Source: an uncultured delta proteobacterium
Lineage (GTDB): Bacteria > Desulfobacterota > Binatia > HRBIN30 > BPIQ01
Direction of reading: 5' to 3'
Assembly (NCBI GenBank): GCA_963761335.1
Contig: CAVXGR010000006.1
Location: 9,465 to 73,464, forward strand
DNA length: 64,000 bases
The first letter of the stretch is position 1, and each line of letters begins with the position of its first letter. The notes under the pieces are model-generated. The model saw nothing but the letters and a program-made list of their open reading frames with translations, was not told where the DNA came from and searched no databases. Shown one piece after another: positions 19,685-28,451 of this stretch. The position numbers and the translations under genes were made by a program.

Positions 19685-20950
19685 TCAGCCGCTGCCGACC
19701 TCGGAGATGGCCGGCATGAACTTTCCGGAGGGCGCCCGGGGGATGCGTGCCAGCCGCTCGAATTGGAGGGCGAGCCGTCCACCGAGAATTTCCTCGAATC
19801 CGACCTGGACCGCGAGGCGCTCCTCGGCGTTCAGCTCGCGGCAGGCGACGTAGCGGACGAGGAAGCGGTCCGCGGTGCGCTGCACGATCTGATACTGCTG
19901 CAGCACCGGCTGCAGCTTGAGCACGTGAAGCAGGTTCCAGGGCACCAGCAGCTTGCCGCGCGCGTCGACGAAGAGGTTGATGGAGCGCCCGATGATTCGC
20001 CCGATCCTCGGCAGACCTCGCCCGCAGCGGCACGGCCCCTCGGCGGCGACGGCGTAGTCGCCGATCTCGTAGCGGACGAGCGGCATCAGGCGATTCTCCA
20101 GCGTCGTCACCAGGACCCTGCCGACGGCGCCGGGCGGAACCGGATGGCCCGCCTCGTCGACCAGCTCCACCACCACGTGCTCGGCGTTGACGTGATAGCT
20201 GCCGGCGGGGCACTCCCAGGCGAGAAACGCCTCGGTGGATCCGTAGTTGTCGGCGATGCTGACGCCGAGCACGGCCTGGACGCGCTCGCGCACGGCGTCG
20301 TCGAGCACCTCGGAGCCGGTGAACACCTTGCGCAGAGCAGGGAGGCGGCGGGAGCCGGGCTCGAAGAGCGGCAGCAGCCCCTGAAGGTTTGCCGGATAGG
20401 TGTAGAGATAGCGCGGATTCAAGCGCTCGAGCCAAGCGGCCTGCGCCTCGAAGTCGGTGACGTGAGAGAAGAAGTGACTCCCCAGCAGGTGCGGCTTGTG
20501 CACCAGCTCGTCGTCCGGGCTCTCCGGGCGCACATGGATGATCCACGCCCCGCGCCGCAATGGATCCCAGCCGTTCTCTCGCAGATAGCGGGCGCGGGCC
20601 GCGAATCGCCCTCGCTGGTGCGAGAGGTCGAAGAGAAACGGCACCGGCATACCGGTGGAGCCGGAGGTCCGGCTGCTGAGGAAAGGGACACCGTCCGGGT
20701 GGAGACGGCGCACGCTGCCCTCCAGCTCGCCGACCTCGGCGCGTGGCAGAGCGGGAAGCTCGCTGAGGGCCCGTGCCTTCGGCTTGTCACCGAACCGTTC
20801 TCGGTAGAAGGGGATGCGCGCCGCGGCCTCGAGTGTTTCGCCGAGATGAGCCGCGACGTGAGCGCGAAGCCGCTCCTGCCCCCAGTACTGCGAGAAGTGG
20901 AGTCGCACATAGGCGGGTGCGGCTCCGAGAAGCGTGTTGGCGCGTGGCAT
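19685..20950 (-). CDS. Phenylacetate-CoA ligase/CapK-like adenylate-forming protein
   Basis: RTSGSTG.P, YGSTE, MPLVRYEIGD, IGRS, SGKF. Confidence 0.85.
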   Translation of the reverse strand: MPRANTLLGAAPAYVRLHFSQYWGQERLRAHVAAHLGETLEAAARIPFYRERFGDKPKARALSELPALPRAEVGELEGSVRRLHPDGVPFLSSRTSGSTGMPVPFLFDLSHQRGRFAARARYLRENGWDPLRRGAWIIHVRPESPDDELVHKPHLLGSHFFSHVTDFEAQAAWLERLNPRYLYTYPANLQGLLPLFEPGSRRLPALRKVFTGSEVLDDAVRERVQAVLGVSIADNYGSTEAFLAWECPAGSYHVNAEHVVVELVDEAGHPVPPGAVGRVLVTTLENRLMPLVRYEIGDYAVAAEGPCRCGRGLPRIGRIIGRSINLFVDARGKLLVPWNLLHVLKLQPVLQQYQIVQRTADRFLVRYVACRELNAEERLAVQVGFEEILGGRLALQFERLARIPRAPSGKFMPAISEVGSG

Positions 20951-21087
20951 CTCAGTGGCGTAGCTTCGATGTTTGCGCCGCGAACGCAAGTCCCGTGGGA
21001 GGAGCTGGCGGCCGGGGGCCGCGCTCGCAGCTGCGTTGATGGGTGTCCAGTGCGGGGGTATTGTCCGCGGTTGAAAGGAGAAAGACG

Positions 21088-23364
21088 ATGCGGAAGAGAG
21101 CCGTGCTCGGACGGACGATGGCGGAGTCGGCGCCGACTTTCGAGCCCTTGCCGCGGCCGCGGGAAGGCGCCCCCAACGTCGTGTTGATTCTCCTCGACGA
21201 CCTCGGCTTCGCCCAGCTCGGCTGCTTCGGGTCCGACGTCGAGACCCCGGCGATCGACGGCGTCGCCGCGGCCGGCCTGCGCTTCAACCGCTTCCACGTG
21301 ACGGCGTTGTGCTCGCCGACCCGCGCCTGCGTGCTCACCGGACGCAATCACCACGCCGTCGGTATGGGATTCCTCACCGACATCCCCATCGGCCTTCCCG
21401 GCTACAACGCCCGCATTCCGCAGAGCGCCGGCACGCTGCCACGGCTCCTGCGCGATGCCGGCTACAGCACCTTCGCCGTCGGCAAATGGCACCTGGCACC
21501 GCGCTGGGAGCAATCGGCCTCGGGGCCGTTCGACCGCTGGCCGCTCGGCCTCGGCTTCGAGCGCTACTACGGCTTTCTCAACGGCGACACCAACCAGTGG
21601 ACGCCGGAGCTGGTGCGCGACAACGCCTTCGTCGAGCCGCCGCGCCGCCCGGAAGACGGCTACCACCTCACGGAAGACATGGCCGACACGGCGATCCGCA
21701 TGATCCAGGATCAGCAGCAGGCCACGCCGCGGAAGCCGTTCTTTCTCTACTTTGCGCCCGGTGCCACGCATGCGCCGCACCACGCGCCGCCCGCCTGGAT
21801 CGAGCGCTACCGCGGCCGCTTCGCGGATGGCTGGGAAGTCTGGCGCGAGCGCGCCTTTGCGCGGCAGCGCGACGTGGGAATCGTGCCGGCGGAGACGACC
21901 CTCACCGAGCGCCCGCCGTGGGTTCCGCCCTGGAGCGAGCTGCCCGCCGAGCAGCGCCGGCTCTTCGCCCGCGGCATGGAGGCCTTCGCCGGCTTCCTGT
22001 CGCACACCGACGCGCAGATCGGCCGCGTTCTCGGCTTTCTGGAGACTCTCGGGGTGCTTGACGAGACGCTGGTGCTGGTGCTCTCGGACAACGGCGCCAG
22101 CGCCGAGGGCGGCCCGATCGGCTCGCTCAACGAGCACCGCTTCATCCACGACCGAATCGACGACATCGGCGACACCCTGGCGCGCATCGACGACCTCGGA
22201 GGCTTCCGCGCCTACAACCATTATGCCTGGGGCTGGGCCTGGGCGGGCAACACGCCCTTCCGCCTCTGGAAGCGCTACACATGGCTCGGCGGGGTGCGCA
22301 CGCCCCTGATCGTTCGCTGGCCGAAACACATCACCGGCGCCGGCGATGTGCGCCCGCAGTTCTGCCACGCCATCGACCTGATGCCGACGATTCTCGAGGC
22401 GGCGGGAGTCGAGGCGCCGGAGACTCTGGCGGGAGTGACGCAACAGCCGCTCGACGGCGCCTCACTGCTGCCGCTGCTCGGCGATCCGGTGGCGCCGGCG
22501 CCGCGCTCGACGCAGTACTTCGAGATGCTGGGAAGTCGGGCCATCTACTGCGACGGCTGGAAGGCGACCACGGACCACGTCGGCCCCCAGCTCACCGTCG
22601 AGCTCGAGCGCGTTCCGGGTAGCCACGACCTCGACGCGGATCACTGGGCGCTCTTCGACCTGCGCGAGGACTTCGCCGAGGCGCGGGACGTCGGCGCGCA
22701 GCATCCCGAGCGCTTGAAGGCGATGACGGAAGTCTGGTGGATGGAGGCGGGACGCAACAACGTGCTGCCGGTGATGGATTCGTTTCTCGGACGCGTCACC
22801 GCCCTCGAGCCCTCGCCCTGGGGCCCGCGCTGGCGCGCGGTGCTGCGCCCCGGCGGCGGTCCGGTCTCGGAGGACGCCTTGCCGCCTCTCGGCGGCGGCT
22901 TCCGCCTCCTCGCAGAGATCGAGGTCGGTGCCGGCGCCGCGGGTGTCCTGTGCGCCTTGGGCGACTGGAACAACGGCTGGGCGTGGTATCTCCTCGAGGG
23001 CAGAGCGGTGATCACCTTCAACCTTCTTGGCGAGGTCTTTCGCTATGCCGCCGCGGAGCCGCTGGCGGCGGGCCGGCACGCGCTGGTGGTCGAGTACGAC
23101 TGGTCGGGCAAGACCAGTCAGATGAGGCTGGCAGTCGATGGGGAGGTCGCCGCCGAAGGGCCATTCCCGCGCCGCATGCCGCTGCGCTGGCAGATCGGTG
23201 GCGCCGGGCTGCTGGTCGGCCGCGACCGGGGCTTCCCGGTGTGCGGCGATTACCAGCCGCCGTCTCCATTCACCGGCACCATCGAGCGGCTGGTGCTCGA
23301 GGTCCCGGCGCTTGCCCCGCGCGATGCGGTGCAGGAGACGGCGGCAGCCCTACATCGCGAGTGA
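21088..23364 (+). CDS. Arylsulfatase (formylglycine-dependent)
   Basis: PNVVLILLDDLG, CSPTRACVLTGR, GKWH, SDNG. AAAGGAG RBS. Confidence 0.93.
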   Translation: MRKRAVLGRTMAESAPTFEPLPRPREGAPNVVLILLDDLGFAQLGCFGSDVETPAIDGVAAAGLRFNRFHVTALCSPTRACVLTGRNHHAVGMGFLTDIPIGLPGYNARIPQSAGTLPRLLRDAGYSTFAVGKWHLAPRWEQSASGPFDRWPLGLGFERYYGFLNGDTNQWTPELVRDNAFVEPPRRPEDGYHLTEDMADTAIRMIQDQQQATPRKPFFLYFAPGATHAPHHAPPAWIERYRGRFADGWEVWRERAFARQRDVGIVPAETTLTERPPWVPPWSELPAEQRRLFARGMEAFAGFLSHTDAQIGRVLGFLETLGVLDETLVLVLSDNGASAEGGPIGSLNEHRFIHDRIDDIGDTLARIDDLGGFRAYNHYAWGWAWAGNTPFRLWKRYTWLGGVRTPLIVRWPKHITGAGDVRPQFCHAIDLMPTILEAAGVEAPETLAGVTQQPLDGASLLPLLGDPVAPAPRSTQYFEMLGSRAIYCDGWKATTDHVGPQLTVELERVPGSHDLDADHWALFDLREDFAEARDVGAQHPERLKAMTEVWWMEAGRNNVLPVMDSFLGRVTALEPSPWGPRWRAVLRPGGGPVSEDALPPLGGGFRLLAEIEVGAGAAGVLCALGDWNNGWAWYLLEGRAVITFNLLGEVFRYAAAEPLAAGRHALVVEYDWSGKTSQMRLAVDGEVAAEGPFPRRMPLRWQIGGAGLLVGRDRGFPVCGDYQPPSPFTGTIERLVLEVPALAPRDAVQETAAALHRE

Positions 23365-23376
23365 TCCCGGCGCCGA

Positions 23377-23910
23377 TCAGCTGCCGGGCGGTGGCGGAGG
23401 CAGACCGGGCGGCGGCGGCGGAATGTCTGTGGGCGCCATGCGGCGCGGCGGCGGCGGGGGCGGACGGCGGGAATTCGCCGAGACCGGAATCTGGTTGCCC
23501 TTTGCGTACATGCACTGCATGTACGCGACGTCGTAGCGGTGCTGCACCGTCCAGCCGGCGCGGGCGGCGTTGTTCGCCCCTACGGCGCTGCCGCCGAGCA
23601 GGCCCACCCCCGAGCCGACGGCAGCCCCGGTCGCCGGATTTCCGGTTGCCGCGCCGATCGCCGCACCGCCAGCGGCGCCGAGCACCGTGCCGATGGCGGC
23701 ATTCTGGATCGCCGTGTCATTCACTGCCCGGTTGGCCGAAATTCCGCTCTGCTGCCCGGCCCACTGGCGACAGATCGAGTCGTCAGCTCTGAACTGCTCG
23801 AAGTTCTTGCCGCTACCGGGCAGTACCATGACGCTCGGTCCGCTGGGGATCGACGCCGCGCAGCCGGCGAGCAGCATGCCCGCGATCGGGAAAAGCCACA
23901 GATTGCGCAT
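23377..23910 (-). CDS. Glycine-zipper lipoprotein
   Basis: Lipobox LAGC, GAAGGAAIGAATG, YMQCMYAKG, Pro-rich tail. Confidence 0.8.
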   Translation of the reverse strand: MRNLWLFPIAGMLLAGCAASIPSGPSVMVLPGSGKNFEQFRADDSICRQWAGQQSGISANRAVNDTAIQNAAIGTVLGAAGGAAIGAATGNPATGAAVGSGVGLLGGSAVGANNAARAGWTVQHRYDVAYMQCMYAKGNQIPVSANSRRPPPPPPRRMAPTDIPPPPPGLPPPPPGS

Positions 23911-23925
23911 GTTCGTTCTCCTCGG

Positions 23926-24378
23926 CTACTGCGGCGCCGGCGGCACCTTGATCCACGCCTCCGGACAGGTGGCGACGTCCGGGTAATAGGCCTTGGCGCT
24001 GGCGCAGTAATACCAGTAGCCCTGTGGCTGCTGCGTCTCCGGTGGCGGCTCGATATAGACCGATGGACCCTGATCGGCGGGAGGAGAGGAATAGGCGGGC
24101 GGATAATACGCGTACGGATACGGATACTCCCCCCAGAAGGGAGCGCCGTAACCCCACCACCAGGGGCTCCCGATGACGATTCCGCCACGCCAGTGACCGT
24201 GCCAGCCGCCTCGGTAGGAGCCGTGCCAGCCGCCTCGGTAGCCGCCGCCCCAGCCGCCGTGGTAGGCGCCGTGGAAGCCGCCTCCGCGCCCGCCAAAATG
24301 GCGACCGGCGGCGCTACTCGGAGCCGCAGGGATGAAGAGCAGAGCGCCGACGAGGAGCAAACCCGCTAGCTTTTTCAT
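23926..24378 (-). CDS. Secreted Gly/Tyr/Pro-rich hypothetical protein
   Basis: Signal peptide, Y(H/R)GGW repeats, C-terminal YWYYC...YYP.V..CP..W. Confidence 0.75.
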   Translation of the reverse strand: MKKLAGLLLVGALLFIPAAPSSAAGRHFGGRGGGFHGAYHGGWGGGYRGGWHGSYRGGWHGHWRGGIVIGSPWWWGYGAPFWGEYPYPYAYYPPAYSSPPADQGPSVYIEPPPETQQPQGYWYYCASAKAYYPDVATCPEAWIKVPPAPQ

Positions 24379-24533
24379 GAAGCCGTTCCTCAACCAGCTA
24401 AACGCCGCCGCCCGCGCAAAGTTGCGCCACTCGCGAGAATCGAGTGCCAAGAATCACTTGACGCCTGTCGCCCGGGGAGTAAATGGGTGTGAGGGGCTGG
24501 GGTGCGCCCCGCGGGCCGAGGCGGGCTTACGAG

Positions 24534-26183
24534 ATGATCCTGCGACGAGCTGTGATTCTGGCATTCGCTCTACTGGCGTTGCCATTGTTGTTACCGGGCG
24601 TGGTGAGAGCCGACAAGTGCCGGAGCGGGTGCGGCAGCAGCGGCCGTGTCTGCGCCATGCAGGTACGCATCGGAATGGCCGCCTGCATCCGCGGTTGCGC
24701 CAGCGGCGATGCCGGCACCGCATGCCGATCGGAGTGTCGCAGGACGGCGCTCGCTGATCGTCTCGCCTGCCGGTCGCAGCTCATGGACTGCACCACCAGC
24801 TGCTCGCCGTCGATGCTCGGTCCCGATAGCGCCGGCGTCTGTCCGCCGGCCTGCGGAGTGGATGCCCGGACCTGCGCGATCGGCACCCGCCGCGCGGGTG
24901 TCGCCTGCGTTCGCGCCTGTCTCCAGGGTCCGCCGAGTCAGGCGGCCGGCTGTCTCGGCGGCTGCGCCGCGATGCTGCGCGACGGCGCTGCGAGCTGCGC
25001 CGCCCACATCCAAGGCTGTCTCGAAGGCTGCGGCGGGCAGAAAGAGGGAGCCTGCTTCGACACCGTCAGCATGCAGTGCACGGCGCAGCTCTGCGGCCCA
25101 CAGCAGCCGTGCGTCCAGCCGAATGAGTTCTGCTCACCGCGCTGCGCGCCCGCGCCGCCGCTGGGCCAGTGCTTCGACACCGCCGCCATGCAGTGCACCG
25201 GGCAGGCGTGCTCGAGCGATCAACCCTGTGCGGCCAGCCAGGTCTGCCTCCCCGAGTGCCCTCCGCCGCCACCGGCGGGCAGATGTTTCGACACCGCGAC
25301 GCGCCAGTGCACCGACGAGACCTGCTCTCCCGGCCAAGCGTGCTCTGCCGCCGGTCAGGTCTGCACGCTGCAATGTCCACCGCCGATTGCGCCGTGCGGC
25401 GGCGATACCTGCGGCGGCCGCTGCTGGGTTTCGCCATGTCCACCGGGTGTTCCGTGTCCGGCGCTCTCCGCGGCCCAGCTCGGGCAGTGCGAGATCAACT
25501 CGGCGGGCAGCTGCGCGTGTATGCCGTTCGCGCCGCCGACGCCGACGCCGCAATGCGGCGGCGACACGTGTGGGGGTGAGTGCGTGATCTCTCCTGCGTG
25601 CCCGCCGGGCGGCCCGTGCCCGGAGTTCCCGTCTCGGCTCGGGCAGTGCGAGATCGGTGCGTCAGGGAGCTGCGCGTGCGTGCCGTTCGTGCCGCCGACG
25701 CCGACGCCGCAATGCGGTGGCGATGCGTGTGGGGGTAGGTGCATCATCGCGCCGGTCTGCGCTCCGGGCGTGCCATGTCCGCAGTTCGCCGCCCTCGGAG
25801 AGTGCGAGACCAGTGCATCAGGCAGCTGCGCGTGCGTGCCGTTCGCGCCGCCGACGCCGATGCCGCAATGCGGCGGCGATACGTGTGGGGGCGAATGCGT
25901 GATCTCTCCTCCGTGCCCGCCGGGTGGCCCGTGCCCGGAGGTTCCCTCTCGGCTCGGGCAGTGCGAGATCAGTGCGTCAGGCAGCTGCGCGTGCGTGCCG
26001 TTTGCGCCGCCGACGCCGACGCTGCGGCCGGTGAAGACGCCGCCGCAGCCGTGTGCAGCGGATGCGGACTGCGCCGACGACAACCCGTGCACCGCCGACC
26101 GCTGCCTGGCGGGCGCATGCGTTCACGACTGCCTCTGCGTCGGTCCCCTCGACTTCTGCGGGCCCGGGCCGGCAGGCCGGTAG
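24534..26183 (+). CDS. Secreted Cys/Pro-rich repeat protein
   Basis: Signal peptide ending VRA, CxxxC region, three CFDT repeats, four CGGD.CGG.C repeats, C-terminal DDNPCTAD.C. Confidence 0.8.
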   Translation: MILRRAVILAFALLALPLLLPGVVRADKCRSGCGSSGRVCAMQVRIGMAACIRGCASGDAGTACRSECRRTALADRLACRSQLMDCTTSCSPSMLGPDSAGVCPPACGVDARTCAIGTRRAGVACVRACLQGPPSQAAGCLGGCAAMLRDGAASCAAHIQGCLEGCGGQKEGACFDTVSMQCTAQLCGPQQPCVQPNEFCSPRCAPAPPLGQCFDTAAMQCTGQACSSDQPCAASQVCLPECPPPPPAGRCFDTATRQCTDETCSPGQACSAAGQVCTLQCPPPIAPCGGDTCGGRCWVSPCPPGVPCPALSAAQLGQCEINSAGSCACMPFAPPTPTPQCGGDTCGGECVISPACPPGGPCPEFPSRLGQCEIGASGSCACVPFVPPTPTPQCGGDACGGRCIIAPVCAPGVPCPQFAALGECETSASGSCACVPFAPPTPMPQCGGDTCGGECVISPPCPPGGPCPEVPSRLGQCEISASGSCACVPFAPPTPTLRPVKTPPQPCAADADCADDNPCTADRCLAGACVHDCLCVGPLDFCGPGPAGR

Positions 26184-26277
26184 GAGCCGGCGATTGGGGT
26201 TGCGCCGAAAAGTAGCGTGCTTCGAAAATCTGTTGGGTGACGGTCTGGCGCAGCCCCGGCGCTTGGGGTGGAGATTA

Positions 26278-26527
26278 TCGCCCCGGAGGGGCGCGGGCAT
26301 GTAGCCCCGGGTGCCAACCCGGGGACCGCGTTCCGATTGCCCAGATCAGCGCCCCGGAGGGGCGCAGGCGTAGAGGCCGCGTGAATCACCTCGATGAGCT
26401 TCCCACGCACCCAGTGGTGATCATCGACGAAATTTTGCCCGCGCCCCTGGCGGGGCGCCTATGACGGACCGTGCACTTTTCCCCGGGTTTCACCCGGGGC
26501 CACACGCCACCGCCCCTCCGGGGCGAA
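26278..26527. repeat. Composite palindromic REP/MITE-like element, family A
   Basis: Terminal inverted repeats TCGCCCCGGAGGGGCG...CGCCCCTCCGGGGCGA with internal CCCCGGGT..ACCCGGGG hairpins. Confidence 0.8.
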
Positions 26528-26687
26528 CTTCGCCGAGGCCAGAACCGCCAAATCTCTTCCCGGGTCAGAACCCCGGCCTCATTTTCATCGTCTGCTGGCG
26601 AGCCGCAAGGCTCATGAGGCAATGTCCCCCACGTCTTCTCATAGCCCGGCCGCAGCGCTACTGTCGGCCGCCTTGGAGGGATCGCTC

Positions 26688-27296
26688 ATGTTGAAGCTCT
26701 ACCATTCCGCTCAGTCGCGCTCGGGTCGGCCACGCTGGATGCTGGAGGAGATCGGTGCGCCGTACGAGCTGGTGCGCCTCACCCTCTCGGCCAAGGACCA
26801 GAAGAAGCCGGAGTACCTGAAGCTGAACCCCAATGGCACCGTGCCGACGCTGGTGGACGACGACCTCGTGCTCTTCGAGTCGGCGGCGATCGTGCAGTAC
26901 CTCGCCGACAAGTTTCCCGAGAAACGCCTGGCGCCGCCGCTGAACACGCCGGCGCGGGGCAAGTACTACCAGTGGATTCACTACGCCATGAGTGGCGTCG
27001 AGCCTCCGGCGCTCACCATCTTCCTGCACACGGTGATGCGGCCCGAGGAGCAGCGCATCCCGCAGCTGGTGACCGAGGCGCAGGCGCAGCTCGCGGCGGT
27101 GACCAAGGTCGTCGACGATGCCCTCGCGGGCAAGGAGTACATTCTCGGCAGCGAGTTCTCCGGCGCCGACGTCATGCTCGGCAGCACCCTGAGCTGGTGC
27201 ATGATGATGGGCGCCATCGGCGCCGATCGCGCCAACGTGCAGGCGTATCTCGGGCGGCTCTCGGCGCGCCCGGCCCTGCAGCGCGCCTCCGACTGA
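26688..27296 (+). CDS. Glutathione S-transferase family protein
   Basis: LEEIGAPYE, LNPNGTVPTL, ESAAIVQYL, FSGADV. GGAGG RBS. Confidence 0.93.
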   Translation: MLKLYHSAQSRSGRPRWMLEEIGAPYELVRLTLSAKDQKKPEYLKLNPNGTVPTLVDDDLVLFESAAIVQYLADKFPEKRLAPPLNTPARGKYYQWIHYAMSGVEPPALTIFLHTVMRPEEQRIPQLVTEAQAQLAAVTKVVDDALAGKEYILGSEFSGADVMLGSTLSWCMMMGAIGADRANVQAYLGRLSARPALQRASD

Positions 27297-27331
27297 GCGG
27301 CCCCCGGGGTCAGGGCGATTTCGAGAGCAGA

Positions 27332-27381
27332 GTAGAAGCGTCGTCCCGGCGCTTCCCGAAGCGGCGAGACGCCGCTTCTAC
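27332..27381. repeat. GTAG-type REP element, family B
   Basis: GTAGAAGCG...CGCTTCTAC palindrome; further copies at 30906 and 51030. Confidence 0.85.
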
Positions 27382-27507
27382 TTTGGCCCGCGTCGTGCGC
27401 GGCGCGGTAGTCGTGGAAAATCACTCCGCAATCCGCTACAACCCGCGGCGCAGCGCGGGTCTGCGGTTTTCCCGCGCCTGCTGCCGATCCGAGGAGCCTC
27501 CACAGCC

Positions 27508-27633
27508 ATGGCGCAGCGAGCCGAAGACGAGTCGTTTTTTCCCAAAGGGGCGATCGCCACGTTCGCGGCGATGATCGCCTTCTACGTCGTTCTCTGGTCC
27601 ATCCTCTATCTCATCATGGCCCAGCGCGGCTGA
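27508..27633 (+). CDS. cbaD: B-family oxidase small subunit IIa (41 aa, MAQRAEDESFFPKGAIATFAAMIAFYVVLWSILYLIMAQRG)
   Basis: Translated by hand. Single TM helix with PKGA...W...Y...RG pattern, GAGGAG RBS, immediately upstream of subunit II. Confidence 0.8.
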   Translation: MAQRAEDESFFPKGAIATFAAMIAFYVVLWSILYLIMAQRG

Positions 27634-27648
27634 GCCACGGCACCGTCC

Positions 27649-28425
27649 ATGGATCGAGCTGAGAACATCGCCCTCTTCATCGCCGGCACCCTGATGACGC
27701 TATTCTTCGCGGCCCTGGTGTACTCGGCCGCCGGCCTCGACATCTCGCTGCCGACCTGTGTCACCGACGTCGCGCCCTTCAAGCAGGGAAAGGTGATCGA
27801 CAAAGGCGACAATCACTACGAGGTGCACATGGTGGCCAAGATGTGGGCCTTCGACCCACCGGAGGTGCGGCTGCCGCCGGGCGCCGACGTCGATCTCTAC
27901 CTGAGCGCCCTCGACGTCACCCACGGGCTCTACATCGAGCATACCGACGTGAACCTCATGGCGGTGCCGGGTGCCGTCAACGCGGCGCGGGTGCGCTTCG
28001 ACCATGAAGGCGAGTACCCGGTGATCTGTCACGAGTACTGTGGCCTCGGACATCAGAACATGATGGGCAAGTTCATCATCGCCAGCGGCGCGGCGGTGCC
28101 GCCGCCGGCGGCGGCAGCAGCGGGCGGAGCGGCGCCGAGCAGCGTTGCGGAGCTCGGCAAGCAGCTGTTCGCAGACAAGGGGTGCGTCGCCTGCCACACC
28201 GTCGACGGCTCGCCCGGTGTCGGGCCGACGATGAAGGGAGTCTACGGCCACGAGACGCAGATGGAGGACGGCTCCGCGGAGCTCGCCGACGAGACGCACC
28301 TCGAGGACGAGATCCGCGAGCCGAACAAGCACATCGTCAAGGGATTTCAGCCGGTCATGCCGGAGCTGCCGCTCACCGGCGAAGAGGTGAAGGCGCTGGT
28401 TGCCTACCTCAAGACCCTGTCCTGA
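27649..28425 (+). CDS. cbaB: B-family cytochrome c oxidase subunit II with C-terminal cytochrome c fusion
   Basis: One TM helix, DVTHG and CHEYCGLGHQNM (CuA), then CVACH...MP. Confidence 0.9.
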   Translation: MDRAENIALFIAGTLMTLFFAALVYSAAGLDISLPTCVTDVAPFKQGKVIDKGDNHYEVHMVAKMWAFDPPEVRLPPGADVDLYLSALDVTHGLYIEHTDVNLMAVPGAVNAARVRFDHEGEYPVICHEYCGLGHQNMMGKFIIASGAAVPPPAAAAAGGAAPSSVAELGKQLFADKGCVACHTVDGSPGVGPTMKGVYGHETQMEDGSAELADETHLEDEIREPNKHIVKGFQPVMPELPLTGEEVKALVAYLKTLS

Positions 28426-28451
28426 TCGGGGCGGTTGCGGAGAGCATCTCG

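Noticed and set aside
24534..26183. Multiheme cytochrome or Cys-rich RiPP precursor
   Set aside because: No CxxCH motifs and no adjacent modifying enzymes; it has a Sec-type signal peptide.
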